From the NCBI RefSeq assembly GCF_963921235.1, contig NC_086124.1, positions 23,870,001-23,934,000 of the forward strand: a stretch of 64,000 bases of DNA, written 5' to 3'. The notes under the pieces are model-generated. The model did not search any database, was not told the origin of the DNA, and saw only the letters and a list, made by a program, of their open reading frames with translations. This document shows positions 61,492 to 64,000 of the stretch, piece after piece (position 1 is the first letter of the stretch; every line of letters begins with the position of its first letter). This stretch comes from Mobula hypostoma (Eukaryota). The position numbers and the translations under genes are program-made.

Positions 61492-63799
61492 CTGTGAAGG
61501 AATTGGAGAACAGTGTATGGGTTCATAGTAGCTTAGCTTTCTGGACAGAACTTCACACTGTGTCTGAACCCGCGAGTATGTGATAGCATAGTGTAGAGGG
61601 GGCCTGACTCTGTGTCTGACCCCAGGAGTGGTAGATTGACAGACCAATAGTCCATCTTATCATACGACAGAACCAATTAATACTTTTATAAAAGCGGGGA
61701 GAAGCTGTCCTTAAACCTGCTGGGGTGTCCTTTCATGCTTTTGTATCTTCTGCCTGACAGGAGAGGGGAGAAGTGAGAATCTCCAGGGGTAGGTGGGATC
61801 TCTCATCATTCTGGCTGCTGTACTCAGGTAGCGAGATGTCTATTGCGGGGATGCTGGTTTTTGTGATGTGCTGAGATGTGTCCATGGCTCTCGGCTGTCT
61901 CTTGTGGTCACGGGCAGAGCAGTTGCCGCAGTGAGCGCCGATGGATCTGGAGAGCCAGCAGAGCGCAAGTTCTGACCAGCTGATCCGCTATACTGCCGGG
62001 AACTCTACACCTCTGGCCCGTACTACTGAACGGACCGAGCGTGGGCGACACCTCACACATACACAGACAATCAAATATTAAACTCCACCCTTCAAAGCCG
62101 CCAAGATCTTATATAAGTCAATAGGATTTAAATCATTAACTTCTCGTTATACGATTCTATGTGCAAACAAATCTCAAGATTCTATAATTCATACGTTCTT
62201 TGACAATAAATGCATTTAGAAACTTGAAATGTAGAAGTCCGTGAATTCTATACGTCATCACGCGTTCATATGATACGTGCGGGCCTCGCTTGAAGTCAGA
62301 CCCACATCCTTTTGAATTTGTTTAATTAGTTGAGATACAAAGTATAATATCTCAGTCTCCCTCTCTTCCTCCCCCTACCCTCTCCTCCTCCTCCCCCTCC
62401 CCTCCCCTCTCTCATCCCTCTCTCCTCCTCGCTCCTCTCCCCTCTCCCCTCTCCCCCTCCCCTCCCCCTCTCCCTCTCCCTGCCCTTGCTCTATCTGTCT
62501 ACCCGCTCTCCCTTTCCACCACCTTGGTCTCTACCCTCTCTCTCACTCTCTCTCTCCCCGCTCCTCTCTTTCTCTCTCCTCCATCTCTCCTTCTGGTTGA
62601 ATGACAGTAAACTGGAACTAAATCAAATAGAACGATGGCCTCTATTGTGAGGGACTTGGCATATGGAAGCACAGATGAATGTTTATAAGGATGTTGGTAA
62701 GACCATGCCTGGTGTACTGGGTACGGTTCTGTCCTTGGTCCTTAATGCAGAATACGTTTGCAGGGTGAGTTCTGGAGATGAAGGGATTGATTTATAAGGG
62801 AAGGTATGAGCAGGTCGGGTCTACACTTCAGAGAGAGAGAGAAAGACATCAAGGTTGTGCGTACTGTCATCTGTGTAGGTGCAATGAAAGCCATAGAACA
62901 TATAACACAGCACAGGCCATTTGGCCCACAACCTTTTAGTTTCCTCCAAGATCAAACTAACCCTCCCCACCTACATAGCCCTCTATTTTTTCTATCATCC
63001 ATCCGCCTATCTGAGTCTCTTAAATGCCCCTAATGTATCTGCCCCTCCCACCCCGGCAGGGCGTTTTGTGCATGTGCCACTCTGTGTAAAGAACTTGCCT
63101 CTGAAAAGCCCTTCTCCTTTCCTCCAATCAGCTTAAAATTATGCCAATCTTATTCAGTTCTGCTCTGGGAAAAGTCTCTGCCTGTCCACTCTATCTGTGC
63201 CTCTCATACTCGTTCACTCTGAAGAGAATATCCCCAGCTCGCTTGACTTATCCTCATTACACATGTCTCCTAGTCAAGGTAGTATCCTGCTGAATCTCCT
63301 CTGCACCCTCTCCTTCCACATCCTTCCTATAATGAGGTGACCAAAGCTGAATACACGTCGAAGAGGACCGCAATTTTGTCGTACGGTTTATAGCTGGAGA
63401 AGTATGTTGGCTGGAATCCTGGCTTTACGCTTTGGCTCTTGGTAGGGTCAGCCGTGTCATACAGGTCAAAGGGTAGAGGCCAGATTAACAGTGGTTCACC
63501 AGTCCTCCAGGTTCAGGGGGTTCAGCTAAGGACAATAAATCTGACTAGTCAAACAAAATTGTAATGCAAACAGGAACGAAGAATCCTTCCACATCTGAGT
63601 GTGCCAGTATCCCTAAGGATTTGCATGACTGACAACAGTGAAAACTGTGTCAAATCAAATCATCAACAAGTGGGCTGGGCGCTGCCCGTAAACGTCACCA
63701 CACTGCCGGTGCCAGCATAACGTGAGCATGACTCACTAACCCTAACCTGTACGTCATTGGAATGTGGGAGGAATCGGGAGCAACCGGTGGAAACATCAC

Positions 63800-64000
63800 C
63801 AGAGCTGATATTGAGGCTCCATAAGGCACTCGTGAGACCACACTTGGAGTATTGCGTGCAGTTTAGGTCTCCTTATTACAGAAAGAATATACTGACATTG
63901 GAGAGGGTTCAGAGAAGATTCACGAGAATGATTCCAGGAATGAACGGGTTACAATATGAGGAAAGTCTGGCAGCTCTTGGGCTGTATTCCCTGGAGTTCA
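63800..64000 (+). mobile_element. CR1 3' fragment (start of the paralog of 17335-17935)
   Basis: gagaccacacttggagtattgc...agattcacgagaatgattccagg. Confidence 0.75.

Larger units (their letters stand above)
54282..64000. repeat. Segmental duplication unit 3 (partial, runs off the window)
   Basis: Collinear with 7301-17530 and 33213-42115. Confidence 0.95.

Noticed and set aside
1-64000. CRISPR arrays, rRNA/tRNA genes or prokaryotic systems
   Set aside because: No repeat-spacer arrays, operons or intact structural RNAs were seen. The tRNA-like pieces are degenerate SINE heads.

Overview
This is vertebrate genomic DNA, most likely from a cartilaginous fish (ray or shark). That assignment is inferred from the CR1, Rex1/Babar, Penelope and tRNA-SINE content and the GPR139-like genes. 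It is not prokaryotic: there are no operons, CRISPR arrays or rRNA genes. From about 4.9 kb to the end, the window is a tandem segmental duplication: a remnant (4892-7300), unit 1 (~7301-33212), unit 2 (~33213-54281) and a partial unit 3 (54282-64000). Each unit is mostly decayed transposons but carries two minus-strand host genes. (1) A two-exon GPR139/GPR142-family 7TM receptor, intact in unit 1 (24856-26912, 383 aa) and frameshifted in unit 2. (2) A 270-nt, phase 1-1 Ig C1-set exon resembling an MHC class I alpha3 domain (14751-15020, 39386-39655, 61222-61491). Manual translation also found a transmembrane exon (9994-10107) and a probable short cytoplasmic exon (9886-9914) that the ORF track does not show. 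They splice in frame to the C1 exon and exist only in unit 1. I could not find leader, alpha1/alpha2 or V exons. Most ORF-track entries are TE fragments or noise. All comparisons were made by eye; TE boundaries are approximate.
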